Source: Felis catus
Taxonomy: Eukaryota
NCBI RefSeq assembly: GCF_018350175.1
Contig: NC_058368.1
Location: forward strand, 111,912,001 to 111,976,000
DNA: 64,000 nt
Direction: 5' to 3'
The position numbers and the translations under genes were made by a program. The notes beneath the pieces were generated by a model that saw nothing but the letters and a program-made list of their open reading frames with translations, was not told the DNA's origin and did not search any database. Below are positions 13,642 to 26,228 of the stretch, piece by piece; the first letter of the stretch is position 1, and each line of letters starts with the position of its first letter.

Positions 13642-14494
13642 TGTCACCTGCCTTTTAAGCTTAATGGACCTTTATGAACATTTTACCAGACCATTATTCT
13701 AACACAGCAGTTCTCAAACTATTTGGATTCAAAAACCTTTGTCCTCTTAAAAATTAACGAAGATTCCAAAGCACTTTTGGTTATGCAGGTTATATCTATC
13801 AAGATTTGCTCTATTATAAATTAAAACAAAAATTTTCAATATTTATTAATATATTCACTTTAAAATGTATAATATATATAAATAATGTATTTGTATGAAA
13901 AACAGTCTCTAAACAAAAAAATGTAAAAAGAAAAGTGTCAATGTTTTGCCACTGTGCACATTTCTTTAACGTCTGACTTAATCGACGATAGCTAGATTCT
14001 GATGTTGTTTTATTTGAAGTATACAAAGAAAATCCCATCACACACAGAAAATTATTTCTATGTATACAAATCCTCTATTAAAATGGAGAATTTTAATAGC
14101 CTGCTTAGATTATTTTGCCTGTTCTTCTTTAATATTATTCCAAAATTCAAGAAGTAGTAGTTTCATAAAGGTTCATTGCGATGTAGAATCTGAAACTGAT
14201 TAATAAATTTTGTGAACACAAAAGTTCATGAATCTGTCTTGTATCTTGAATGGATCTTTTAGCCATGCATGATTTGGTAAAATCATACATTGGTCATTTG
14301 GAAAATGTTTTTTTTTTTTCAAATGAGTCATATAGATCTTCCAGTCTTCCAAATATGAACACCTTTCATTGTACAGTATCAGAAAATCACATTTTTTAGT
14401 ATCAGCATTGATATCATCAAAAGACTTTTAAGTATTGGTAAGTTGTAAAGCTTATGGCAGCAAAATACAAGTGTCCCAAAACTGTATTAAAAAA

Positions 14495-14707
14495 AAATTT
14501 TTTTTTTTAGTGTTTATTTTTGAGACAGAGGGAGACAGAGCACAACTGGGGGAGGAGAAGAGAGAGAGAGGGAGACACAGAATCTGAAGCAGGCTCCAGG
14601 CTCTGAGCTGTCAGCACAGAGCCTGACCCAGTCTCGAACTCACAAACCATGAAATGATGACCTGAGCGAAGTCAGATGCTTAACCGACTGAGCCACCCAG
14701 GCACCCC
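14495..14707 (-). mobile_element. Can-SINE
   Basis: Full element with TSD CCAAAACTGTA. Confidence 0.93.
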
Positions 14708-14825
14708 CAAAACTGTAATTTTTGCTTGAAAGTTCAAATTTATCATTGGCAACATAATTTTGGTTATTTTCCTTGAAGTGACAGGTTCGTTTCCTGCATT
14801 TTCAAGAAACTGTTTATCACATACA

Positions 14826-15507
14826 CAGGACTGCATTATGACTTCTGCAGGCCTTAGGCATTTTCCCTTCATGGGTCCCTTCCTCCATTAAAACAAAAAC
14901 AAAACCCAAAAAACCCTGCATTGTTATAAAGACAAATATATTAACATTAGATATTAAAATTGTGCCTTACAGAGAATTCAGCCCTGCACATTCCAGGTCT
15001 AAACAACCATAGTTTGTCAGTCACTCAGCCAACTTCTCCATTGCTGAGGCTCACAAGACTTTATGGGCCCACAGAAACATTTTCTTTTAAAATCAGAAAA
15101 AGAAGGGGCGCCTGGGTGGCTCAGTTGGTTAAGCGTCCAACTTCGGCTCAGGTCAGCATCTTGCAGTGTGTGGGTTCAAGCACCGCATCGGGCTCTATGC
15201 TAATAGCTTGGACCCTGGAGCCTGCTTCGGATTCTGTGTCTCCCTCTCTCTCTGCCCCTCCCCTGCTTGTGCTCCGTCTCTCTGTCTCTCAAAAATAAAT
15301 AAACGTTAAAAAGAAATGAAAAAAATCAGAAAGAGAAAATGAAAGTTAATTCTTTTAGATAGAAGAAAATATCTTAATAAAAAATATTAAAATATTTGTC
15401 TTTCTACCATTGCAATCATAAAATACAATTTTTGTATCTTTTTATGGAGAAAAGGGTCCACAGAGGCAAAAATGCTCAGGGCCCGTGACAGTACTAATGA
15501 AGTCCTG
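14826..15507. mobile_element. Non-autonomous hAT-like element nested in Charlie1
   Basis: Imperfect inverted termini CAGGACTGCATTATGACT and AGTACTAATGAAGTCCTG. Confidence 0.45.
15105..15322 (+). mobile_element. Can-SINE (SINEC_Fc-like)
   Basis: GGGGCGCCTGGGTGGCTCAG head; TSD AAAATCAGAAA. Confidence 0.95.
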
Positions 15508-17119
15508 CAGTTACTGTTTCAAGAACAAATGGTGTTCATTGTAAAAAACAGCTAGGTTAGCGCGCAACTCAATCCCACAAAGGTTTTTCCTCAAGGCGAC
15601 CATCTTTGTGATATGGTGAAGCACTTTCTCCAGGCTTCTCATGTGGTCACATAGAATGTTTAGAAATGTATCCTAAAAGATCAAGATTCAATAAAATTAA
15701 TACTTTTTATTGCTTAGTCACGGACATTCCTAAGTGAAACTTTTTTTTTTTTCCTGCAAGTGTTTGGCAAAGAAGAAAATGAATATCAGTGCAGTGTGGT
15801 GTCCTTGCTGATCTGTACTAAGTCACCAGCGGTATTACTCACTTCTGTGTTTGCATCCTTGGTGGAAAGATGAAGACAGTGAAATGTCTCAATAATGTCT
15901 TAGTTTTGTCATAAGAAGTTCTGACTTGTGGACTCCTGGAAAGGGTCTCAGGGACCTTCAGGGCTCTGCAGACCCCATTTTGTGAACCACTGTCCCAAAC
16001 ATCCTGGGGCTGTACCATTATACTTTGTTTCCTTCATGTTATTCTTTTTTCTTTTAGACTGTTTCCAACTCTATTACAAAGACACAATGAATACCCTAAG
16101 AGATACATCTTTGTGCACATCCCATTGCTGATCAAAGAGCCACTGCATGAAGCTTTAACACAGGGAGCCAAATGGCCCTACAGAGAAGGCAGGACAGCGT
16201 GCCTTGGTGGGCAGCCTGAACATTCCTGCATTCCCCAGCACCTCTCTGCCCCACACTGAGTGTTCTGCAAGACCTGTGATGATCTGAGGGTCTGTTTAGT
16301 CGGGTGTCACCTCTTTCCCAACGTCCCTTTACCTTGATCTTGATTGTGGAAGGGCAGTGAGTGGGTGTCCAGTTAATTCCTAAGCTTTTGATCAATACAA
16401 ACCACACCAAGAAGAATGTGTGTGCACTTGAGGGAGTGGGGGGAATCCCAGGAAACAAAGCCTCTGGTACACATCTCCCCCACCACCCTCTGCCCCCACA
16501 AGCAGACAGATGTGTTCTTTTCCACGGAACAGGTGCACTTGTCATCTCTACTGGCTGGGGACTTTCTTCCTTACTTGATTACTTCAGAGATTACTTTTTC
16601 TTTGATCTGCAATTGGCGGCAACATCTGACACTTTCCCTTGTTTTCAACAACCCATACCCCATCTCGTCTTTGTTAAGCAGTTAATGCCCTTCTCCAAGA
16701 GGAGCATACGTACATATTTACCCTTAGTAAGGTGTAACAAGGGGCTGAGGAAAACCCTCCTAGGATGGGTGTGGGAAGGAAGAGGGGCTGTATTACCTCT
16801 TTCCAGGCAACTCTAAATTTAAATATCTTTTCCCTAGTGAAGTTAGTGCTGGATTGAAAAATATAGTGTGAAGGATTTAGACTACCTGTAGAGCAGTGGT
16901 CTTCAAAGTGTGGTCCACGGACCATGGTGGGGTGCCTGAGCAACTTTAATAGGGTCTGTGCATCAAAAGTACTTTCATAATAATGTTAAGGCCTTACTTG
17001 CCTCTTTCACTATGTTGACATTTGCACTGATGATAGAGAAACACGGGTGGGTAGACCGTTGGTGCCACAGTATGAATCAAGGCAGTGGTTTCAAACTGCT
17101 AGCAGTCATGGGATTCTTC

Positions 17120-17120
<1 letters not shown>

Positions 17121-17165
<45 letters not shown>
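17121..17165. repeat. (CA)n microsatellite
   Basis: About 22 AC units read directly. Confidence 0.97.
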
Positions 17166-17166
<1 letters not shown>

Positions 17167-17266
17167 CTAGTTTCATTTAATTTAAAATGTCCTTAATGAA
17201 ACAGATTTAAAAGTTTTTGTATCTGCCACCATGACTTAACAGCTTCCCAATACTTAAAATTTTTCT

Positions 17267-17440
17267 GGAGCACCTGGGTGGCTCAGTCGGTTGAGTGTCC
17301 AACTCGTGATTTTGGCTCAGCTCATGATCTCATGGTCATAAGATCAAGCCCCAAGTTGAGCCCTGAATTGGGCTGAGCTATGTGTGGAGGCTGCTTAGGA
17401 TTCTTTTTCTCCCTCTCCCTCTGCCTCCCTCCTGCTTGCA

Positions 17441-17471
<31 letters not shown>

Positions 17472-17497
17472 AAAAAAAAAAAAAAACTATAAAAAAG
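17267..17497 (+). mobile_element. Can-SINE
   Basis: GGAGCACCTGGGTGGCTCAGTCGG head, CT tract and poly(A). Confidence 0.92.
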
Positions 17498-17986
17498 AAC
17501 ATTCTGATGAGACTGGTGATGGTATTAACAGACATTTAAAAAATTTTTTTTGACGTTGTATAATAAAATCTGTCAACATTTGGAAAGATCTTATATATCT
17601 TAGTGATTTATGACAGTACAAGCTAGTGAACTAGTATTTTCCAAATGACTAATGTATGATGCTACAGCATCATGAGTAGGTTTAAAAAATCCAAAGTGCA
17701 AGATAAAGCAATGGATTTAATATCTCAGAGTATGAACAGCTCAGTGATATGTTTTAACCCACATAATGCTAAGAAGGTATTTTAAGAAACTACCACTTGT
17801 CAAGTTTGGGTGTAGAATCAGAGAACAATATCTACAATTATTTGAAAAATTATTATAATATTCCTCCCTTGACTACATAAAAATCAAAATAAAATTTTTG
17901 CATGGAAAATAATCCAACATAAAAAAGTCAGACAAATGACAAACTGGAAGAAAATACTGGAAAAATATAACACAGATAAAAAGGAT

Positions 17987-18218
17987 TGTCCTGGTGTTAA
18001 ATCTGCTCAGGCTGTTGTAAGAAAATACCATAGACTGAGCGGCTTAAAAAAAAAAGAATTTTCTCCGGGTGCCTGGGTGGCTCAGTCAGTCTTCAGCTCA
18101 AGTCAGGATCTTGTGGTTCATGAGTTTGAGTCCTGTGTAAGATTCTGTGCTGACAGCTCAGAGCCTGGAGGCTGCTTCAGATTCTGTGTCTCCCTCTCTC
18201 TCTGCCCCTCCCCCATTG

Positions 18219-18254
<36 letters not shown>

Positions 18255-18581
18255 AAATAAAAATATTTTTAAAATTTTAAAGTGAGAATTTTCTCACACT
18301 TCTAGAGGCTGTAAAATCCAAGATTCAGGTTCTGATTCAATTCAGTTTCTCTTCCAAAGCAAAGCCACTTGTCCTCACATGACCTTTCCTCTGTAAGTGT
18401 GTATGGGCCCAGGGGTGGGGTGAGGGTGAGGGGAGGGAGGGCTCTCTATTGGATTAATGTCCCATCCTTATGATCTCATTTAATGTCAATTACCTCCCAA
18501 AGACTCTATCTCCAAATACAGTCAGATTGAGGGTTAGGATTTCAATATGAACTGTGAGTGGCCATAATTCAGTCCATAGCA
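17987..18581. mobile_element. MLT1A-like MaLR LTR containing a Can-SINE (18067-18280)
   Basis: GCTGTTGTAAGAAAATACCATAGACTGAGCGGCTTAAA…TTCAGTCCATAGCA; the SINE is flanked by TSD AGAATTTTCTC. Confidence 0.75.
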
Positions 18582-18584
18582 GTC

Positions 18585-18830
18585 ATATATATATATACAT
18601 ATACATATATATATGCATGTATATGTACATATACATGTATATATACATATATACATATATATACATATACATATGTATATATACATATATACATGTATAT
18701 GTACATATACATATATATACATATGTGTACATATGTGTACATATACATGTGTGTACATATACATATACATATATATATACACATATATATATAGTGAAAA
18801 TGTATATATATATACCTATATGTATATATA
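18585..18830. repeat. Complex (TA)/(TACA)/(TATG) low-complexity repeat
   Basis: Read directly from the sequence. Confidence 0.95.
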
Positions 18831-18839
18831 GTGAAAATC

Positions 18840-20318
18840 ACCAAGGGTAATTAAAACCATTGAAAGACTGCTCAAAAACTGTGAACAATTAACAAACAGA
18901 GATTAAAATAGTGCTTACAGTATGAAAAGATGTTCAACTTCACTCATAAGTGCTAATAGAATCACACCTCGCTATCATTTCTACTTACCAGGCTGGTACA
19001 AGTTCCAAAGCTAGAAACCGTTAGCACAGGAAACCGGCTCTCATGTATAACTGGTAGAACTACAAGCTGCTATGGCCCTACAGAGGGGGCTTTCACAGTG
19101 TTTAATAAAGTATCCCTAACCAAGCAATTCTGCTTATAGAATTTACTCTGAAAATGCACCCCAGTGATATGAAAATACAAACCCACAAGATTGCTCTTTG
19201 CTTCATTATTCGTCATTGCAAAATATTTATTGCAAACACTGAAATATCCAGGCATGGGAGATTGGTTGAATAAACTATAATAGGTACACACTAAGCACCA
19301 TACACTGTAAAAACAAATGATGATCCCTGTGAACTGATGACGGAGTGATTTCCAGGAGATATTGTTGTGAAAAACGCAGACGGCAGGCGAGCATATATAT
19401 AGGATGCTACATTTCGTGTAAGAAAGTAGGGAAAATAAGAACACAGCATATTATCTGTACAAATGGCAATGCAGGGGGATAAATGAAAACCCTAAAGACA
19501 GTTACCTATCTGTGAGGGGTGAGGGACAGAAAGAAAGGGACACAGTGGCATTTCTCTGAGTATATTGTTTTGCATACTTTTGGCTTTTGGAATAATGTTA
19601 GTGCTCTGCAGACTCAAAAACTAGCATTTCATCTATAATAATAGACAGGAAGAAAATTCCTAAAACTGAAATCAAACTAAAACCCAAGTGTATCTCAAGT
19701 GAATGTCATAATCCTCCTGAAGGCAGGGAGAAAGAAGTAATCCACTTTATTTATGAACACAGTATTTGGTACTTTTGGTCTGTGGTGAGAAAGCGCGTCA
19801 GGGAAGAATTACAAACAAATCCTGGACCGCTTTTACTGACTTGGTTTTTCGTAGTGACATGAGAAAATCAATTCTAATGCAACTTTGGATCTACTATAGG
19901 TTTTAGTAAATGAGTACACGTGTTGATGCTGTTGGGAGTTAGGGATCTCAGAGCAGGAGAAGGGACATCCAAGTATGAAATGAGGGAAGTCAAGAAGGAG
20001 CCCTGTGAGGATGAATTGGGACTGGAGGTATTGGTGTGAACTCACTTCTAAAACATACATACATATTTATGTGTCTATACCTGTAAGTGTGCACACATGT
20101 ATATATGCATGCATATGTATGTATGTTTGTATATATGCATGTTTCCTAGCTCTGTCCACAAGCAAAGACACCCCTTTGCAATAAACACATCTAGCACTCA
20201 TCTTGGTTTCTAATACTACTACCTACTAAAAGAAGCCAGGGCTCCTTTGAGAAATGGCTGGAGCAGGAAGTATGCAAGATAAGCCTGTGATATCTTGTTA
20301 TGCCAGAAAAATAGGGAA

Positions 20319-20361
<43 letters not shown>

Positions 20362-20509
20362 GGGGGCATGTCACAAGAGCAAAGTGGCCAGTTTGAGGGG
20401 GCACCCCATGGGCTAAATTTGGGACAGTATGAGGGATTCTTAAGTCCATACTGAAAATAAAAAGATCTCATACACATATGATCACGTATACTTATTATAC
20501 ATATATATA

Positions 20510-20555
<46 letters not shown>

Positions 20556-20720
20556 TTTTAAATATGCATTTATAAAGGTGAGGGGAAGAAGTTCTCCTAC
20601 TCTAGTAGAATATTGAAATAACTGGTAAATGTTGAGGGAAGGGTGAAGTTAGAAGAACATCAGCCTTTCGCAATGATGCTGATGAAGATTAGTTTGGGCA
20701 AAAGTCCTCAGTGGATACTG
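18840..20720 (+). mobile_element. Degraded L1M fragments with embedded (CA)n (20321-20358) and (TG)(TA)n (~20499-20553)
   Basis: L1 3' motifs ATGAAAAGATGTTCAACTTCACTCATAA and AAAGAAGCCAGGGCTCCTTTGAGAAATGGCTG. Confidence 0.6.
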
Positions 20721-21813
20721 CATTAGTTTCTGATTCCCGTTACAACAAATTGCCACACATATTGCAAGATGTGCCCTCGACATTTTACCAAGAAATTGTT
20801 TTTTCTATCTTTCCAATGATTACAAGACCCCAGAATATTTAACCGAGGATATTTTAACTCTTTCAACGTTTCATTATTCTCATGAATCTTCTACATCTGC
20901 TTTAAATTCAGCTACATCACTAGGATTATTTTGTGCAGTTCTACTCATTTATATTTACCCTTTTTGGTGTTCTTCATTCTCCTTTGCACCACCTATGCTG
21001 TCATGCGGATCATTTTTATTTTTCCTGAAAAAAAACCACCATTAGTGCCGGCAACTAATTCTCTGTTTTTCCTTCTTTAAAGAAGTCTCAAAACTTCTTT
21101 ACTTCACCTTCACTCACAAGAAATTCTGTTATGGAAAAATTAAGACATTTACAAAGTAAAGAGGAGAGTGTAACGCATTCCCATGGATTCATCACCTAGT
21201 TGTGACAATTATCAAATTCGGCCATTCTCGCATCTTCTCCCAACCGCACCCCAACTTAATGGTAATGCTGATGATGATGATGATTTTTTTAAATGAGGAA
21301 TGTTGCACAATGGTCTTTAATTTTTTTTCTTTAAAAATGGGAAAAGAGAAGGAAATGCAAGGCATTTCAGTGAATCAATTGCATGATAAAATCTGATACA
21401 GATAGAGATAGAGATAGATAGATGTATGCATATATCAAAAGATAAAAGGAAAAAATAAGATACTGTGGCTGTAGAGAAAACAGTGTTAGAGAAAATGCAA
21501 AGGAAGGAAAATTTTCATAAATCATGGAAAGCACCAGCCTGACAGCTTTACTTTGTCAGTGTTTCTCAGAAGATAGACTATAAGCCAGAAAGATTTTTTT
21601 GTTTAGATCGGTTGTAAAAGTAGGCAAAAGAAATCTGACACTTCAGAATCTGTCTCACAAAATCAAATATGGAGGAAACAAAACCCTAAAATTTTAGTAT
21701 CTGAATATGTAGAAAGGCAAGTGTTTTGACAAGTAAAACAGGTTTTATGTTGGTGAAATCAGTTATTTTTTTCTAAGCTGCTTCTTTATGGTGTAGACTA
21801 ATCCAATTGTTTT

Positions 21814-22030
21814 ATTTTTTTAATTCTTTCTGACGTTCATTCATTTTTGAGAGACAGAGACGGAGCATAAGCAGGGGAGGGGTAGAGAGGGGGAGACACA
21901 GAATCTAAAGCAGGCTACAGACTCTGAGCTGTCAGCGCAGAGCCCTATGTGGGGCTCGAACTCATGGATCCTGAGATCATGACCTGAGCTGAAGTCGGGC
22001 ACTTAACTGACTGAGCCACCCAGGTACCCC
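21814..22030 (-). mobile_element. Can-SINE
   Basis: Perfect 15-bp TSD TAATCCAATTGTTTT at 21799 and 22031. Confidence 0.96.
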
Positions 22031-22244
22031 TAATCCAATTGTTTTCTGAGGAAGGAAGTTAGGAACTATAATTGCAACAATGGTGAAAAATACTCAACTA
22101 TGCCCTGATATTGTAATCTAGCAACTCATAACTTGTGAATTGAAGTTTTGGTAGGTTTAGGTAACCTGTTGCAAATGATTTTTAGAAGATGGGCAGTGGA
22201 GTATGGCCTGACCAATAAAAACAATGATGATGATGATTTTTAAT

Positions 22245-23200
22245 AGCTCTTTTATTTTTAAGGTAAAATGTGCATCATGGAGGTACACACACTTTAGTTG
22301 TGTGATTTTGACAAACAATACCCTACTTTAATTGCCTCCTTCATCACAATCAGAACATTTTCATCATGTTAAAAAGTTCCCTTGAGTCCCTTCCCAGTGA
22401 ATCTCTACCCCCAGAGGCAACCATTGATTTGATGTGTTTCACCTCACATTGGTTTTGCCTGTTTTAGAACCTCATAAAAATGGCATAATACAGTTTATCT
22501 CTTTCATGTTCCACTGTTCTTGTTTGAGGGATCGACGCATTTTGTTGTGTGAATGAATACTGCATAAGTTTTTTATTGTTGAATAGCATTGCATTGTATG
22601 AATATATCATGATTTGTTTATTTATTCTCCTCTTGATGGACCTTTTACGTTCCTACCGGCAGTAGAAGAGTTTGGATTGCTCTACATCCTTGCCACTTTC
22701 CAGTCAAGTATCTTCCTTTGTGAAATGTCCCCTAAAAAGTAAGATTGTTTGTTCTTTTAACCATTAAGTTGTAGGTGTATTTTTATGTCCTGGACACTAA
22801 TTACTTCTTAGTTATATATCTTGCAAATATTTTCTTTTGGTCTGTGTCTTGCCTGTTTATTATTTTTGTGATGTCTTTTGATGAACAGGTGTTTTTACTT
22901 TTGATAAATTCCATTTTGTCAATGATTTCTTTTACAGTTTTATCAAAATCTTTGGCCCCTGATGGTGAAGATATTTTCCTTCAGAGCTTTATACTTTCAG
23001 CTTTCACATTTAGGTCTACCATCTATGACACATCAAATCTTGTGTGTAGTGTGAGACAGGGAAATCAAGCTTTGTTTTGTCTCCTTTGGGTCCTCAGTTG
23101 TTATGGCATCAGTTGATGAAAACATTTCTTTTGGTTTGTTTTGGCATATTTCTTGAAAATGAATTGACCATATATACACACCTTTCAAAAGGAATTTGGT
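22245..23200 (-). mobile_element. Degraded L1M, antisense
   Basis: Motifs CAGAACATTTTCATCA…CCCAGAGGCAACCATT…TCTTGCAAATATTTTCTT. Confidence 0.6.
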
Positions 23201-23304
23201 GTTCTGCAGTCATTTGGTGAGAGGTCTTCCCTCGTGAAATCTTATGTCCTTCAATCTCCATTGCCTCCAGAATTCTCTGATGCTTTAGAATATATGATTT
23301 TTAT

Positions 23305-23465
23305 GGGTTGCCTGGGTGGCTCAGTTGGTTGAGCATCTGACTTCAGCTAAGTTCATGATCTCATGGTTTGTGGGCTCGAGTCCCGTGTCTGGCTCTGCTG
23401 CGAGCACAGAGCCCACTTCAGATCCTTTGTCTCCCTCTCTCTCTGTCCTTCCCTGTCTCACACTC
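23305..23465 (+). mobile_element. Can-SINE whose tail has become an AT-rich tandem array
   Basis: GGGTTGCCTGGGTGGCTCAGTTGG head followed by the CT tract. Confidence 0.88.
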
Positions 23466-23643
23466 TTTTTAATATATATATATATATATTATATATATAT
23501 TAATATATATATTATATATATATTAATATATATTATATATATATTAATATATATATTATATATATTTTTAATATATATATATTTAATGTTGTCTGCTGTT
23601 TCTAGGTCCCTGTCTCACACTCTTTTTAATATATATATATATT

Positions 23644-23707
<64 letters not shown>

Positions 23708-23830
23708 ATGTTGTCTGCTGTTTCTAGGTCCCTGTCTCATACTCTTTTTAATATATATATATATATATTTTTTAATATATATATATATATATATTTTTTT
23801 TTTTTTAATGTTGTCTGCTGTTTCTAGGTC
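23451..23830. repeat. Three-unit composite tandem repeat with internal (TA)n
   Basis: Unit CCCTGTCTCAYACTCTTTTTAAT-(TA)n-AATGTTGTCTGCTGTTTCTAGGT starts at 23451, 23608 and 23730. Confidence 0.92.
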
Positions 23831-24008
23831 TTGTCAGTGGGAGCATTGCCTTGCCACAAGCTACTTCATCAACCGGGAAGTGGAACCCTGTGTCGAATTT
23901 GCTGTCGTTATCTTAACTTACCAGAGACAGACGCTCTTTCCTCTTTTCTCTTACGTGAACTCCAGGGGATAAATTTCCCTCTAAGCCCAGGTTTACTGTA
24001 TCCCACAA

Positions 24009-24373
24009 TGTCTCAGCCAGCTCAGATGGCTCTAACAAAATTCCATACATGTGTGTGGCTTAAACAGCAAACATTTATTTGTCATTGTTCTGAAAGCTGG
24101 AAATTCCAAGATCAAGGTGTTGGGTGAGGACCCTTTTCCTGGTCTGCACATGGCCACCATCTTGCTGTGTCCTCACATGGTAGAAAGATGGGGAGGAATC
24201 TGGTCTCTTTCTCATCTTACAAGGGCACTATTTTCATTACGGGTGTTCTGTCAGTGTCACCTCAACTAAACCAAATGACCTCCCAGAGGCCCAATCTCTG
24301 AATGCCATCACACTGGGGATTGGTGTTTCAACATACGAGTTTTGGGGAGACATAAGCACCCCATTCCATAGTA
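24009..24373. mobile_element. MLT1A-like solo LTR
   Basis: Starts TG; contains GGCTTAAACAGCAAACATTTATT…TCCAAGATCAAGGTG…TTTCAACATACGAGTTTTGGGG; 5-bp TSD CACAA. Confidence 0.75.
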
Positions 24374-25027
24374 CACAAGTTTTAGTACGCTGTCTTCATT
24401 GCTATTCAATAGGATTCTCCTTTCTATTGAGATGTCTTCTTTGATCCATGACTTACTTAAAAGTATATCACTTAACTTCTGAACATTTAAGAATTTGGGG
24501 GGTAATTTTATTGTATTTTATTTACTGATTTCTAACTTCATTCCACCGTATTTAGAGAATATCTTCTGTATGGTTTCAATTCTTTGAAATGTGTTGAAAT
24601 TTGCCTTATGGCTCAACATGTGTTCAATTTTGGCCAATGGTCATGTGCTTGCAAAAATAATGTAAATTCATTCTTTTGCTGTTGGGAGGTAGTAGTCTAT
24701 ATATGTTAGTTAGGTCAACATTTTTTATTGTATAGTCAAATTCTTTTCAATCCTTACTGATTTTTTTTCCTTGTTATGTCATCAAGAAAAATGTATTGAA
24801 GTTTGTCCCTTTCCCTTTTAGTTCTTGCAAGTTTTGTTTTTTATATTTTGAGCCCCTGTTTTGAAGCACATACAAATTTGGAATTGTTATATATTTCTGG
24901 TAGATTGACCCTTTTAATATGCATTATCCTTCTTTATCTCTAGGAAACACTTTGTTTTAAATTCCACTGAGTAAACTAGCTTCCTTTTAGTGACTATTTG
25001 AATTGAATGTCTCTTGCACCCCATTAA

Positions 25028-25358
25028 TTTTTTTAAGATTTTTATTTTATTATTATTTTTTTATTTTTAGTAGGCTCCACAAACAATGTGGGGCTTGAAT
25101 TCACAACCCAAGATCAAGAATCACATACTCTAGTAACTGAGCCAGCCAAGTGCCCCCATCCCATTACTTTTTTTAAAGTTTATTTATTTATTTTGAGAGA
25201 GAGAGAGAGAGCATGAGCATGAGTGGAGGAGGGGCAGAGAGAGAGGGAGAGAGAATCCCACCCTCGTGGTGTGGGATTGGTCCCACCAACTGTGAGATCA
25301 TGACCTGAGCTGAAATCAAGAGTAGGACACTTAACCGATTGAGGCACCCAGGCACCCC
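25028..25358 (-). mobile_element. Two adjacent antisense Can-SINEs (short form ~25028-25155, longer form ~25168-25358) within antisense L1
   Basis: Two reverse-complement heads, GAGCCAGCCAAGTGCCCC and GGCACCCAGGCACCCC, each with its own T-tail. Confidence 0.88.
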
Positions 25359-25994
25359 CATCCTGCTAATTTCTAATAATTCTGATTCCTTATAAAGTAT
25401 GTATTTAAAGAAGCATTTGGTAAATGTTGTCATTATTTCTAAATCTACTCTAACTAAGACTTTTAACTGGAGCATTTCCATCATTTATATGTGATGTTAG
25501 AGCTGATATTTGGGGCTAAGCGTTGCAATTTACTATTTATTTTCTATTTATTCCACCTCTTTTATGTTCCATTCCCTTTCTTACTCTCTTTTCTATTATG
25601 CACTTTTATTATTCTATTTTTTCTCTATTAGTTGTGAGTTACACATTTAGTAATTATTTTGTTAGCGATAAGCCGAGATTACAGTGTGCATTTTTGATTT
25701 ATTAAAATCTAATATAAATGAATATTTTTACAATTTTCTGCATAATACAAGGATTTTAGAACGTCTTCACTTACCTCCCTCCTCCTGCATTTTCTGTTAC
25801 TGTTGGATGTTTAATTATGTACATAATATAATTGTGTGTGTTTATTAATATGTAATATGTGTATGATTTAATTACAAGTAATGCTAAATATATACTTTTG
25901 CAATCCCACATGACATTATTATGGATGTTTTCAAAGTGAAAATTCATTTGGTTTAAACTACTTGTTTACTTTCTTTAAAATAAAAATTTTATCA

Positions 25995-26146
25995 GGGCGC
26001 CTGGGTGGCTCAGTCTATTAAGCGTCTAACTTTGGCTCAGGTCATGATCTTGCGGTTCGTGAGTTCGACCCCGCGTCGGGCTCTGGGCTGACACCTCAGA
26101 GCCTGGAGCCTGTTTCAGATTCTGTGTCTCCCTCTCTCTCTGGCCC

Positions 26147-26194
<48 letters not shown>

Positions 26195-26228
26195 AAGTAA
26201 ATAAACATTAAAAAATTTTTTTTAAATA
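25995..26228 (+). mobile_element. Can-SINE (SINEC_Fc-like) with long (CT)n
   Basis: Perfect 16-bp TSD AAATAAAAATTTTATC. Confidence 0.96.

Larger units (their letters stand above)
13704..15992. mobile_element. Charlie1-family hAT DNA transposon interrupted by two SINEs and another DNA element
   Basis: Ends CAGCAGTTCTCAAACT… and …TTTTGTGAACCACTG are inverted termini; internal CTCTTAAAAATTAACGAAGATTCCAAAGCACTTTTGGTTATG resembles Charlie1. Confidence 0.75.
16893..17870. mobile_element. Second Charlie1-like fragment in opposite orientation, interrupted by (CA)n and a SINE
   Basis: Starts CAGTGGTCTTCAAAGTGTGGTCC, resembling the reverse complement of the 15992 terminus. Confidence 0.6.

Noticed and set aside
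18534..18850. Tyr/Ile/Met/His-rich ORFs
   Set aside because: Translation of TA-type microsatellite.
23451..23830. Repeat-spacer layout superficially like CRISPR
   Set aside because: The spacers are (TA)n, the repeat derives partly from a SINE, the context is mammalian, and there are no cas genes.
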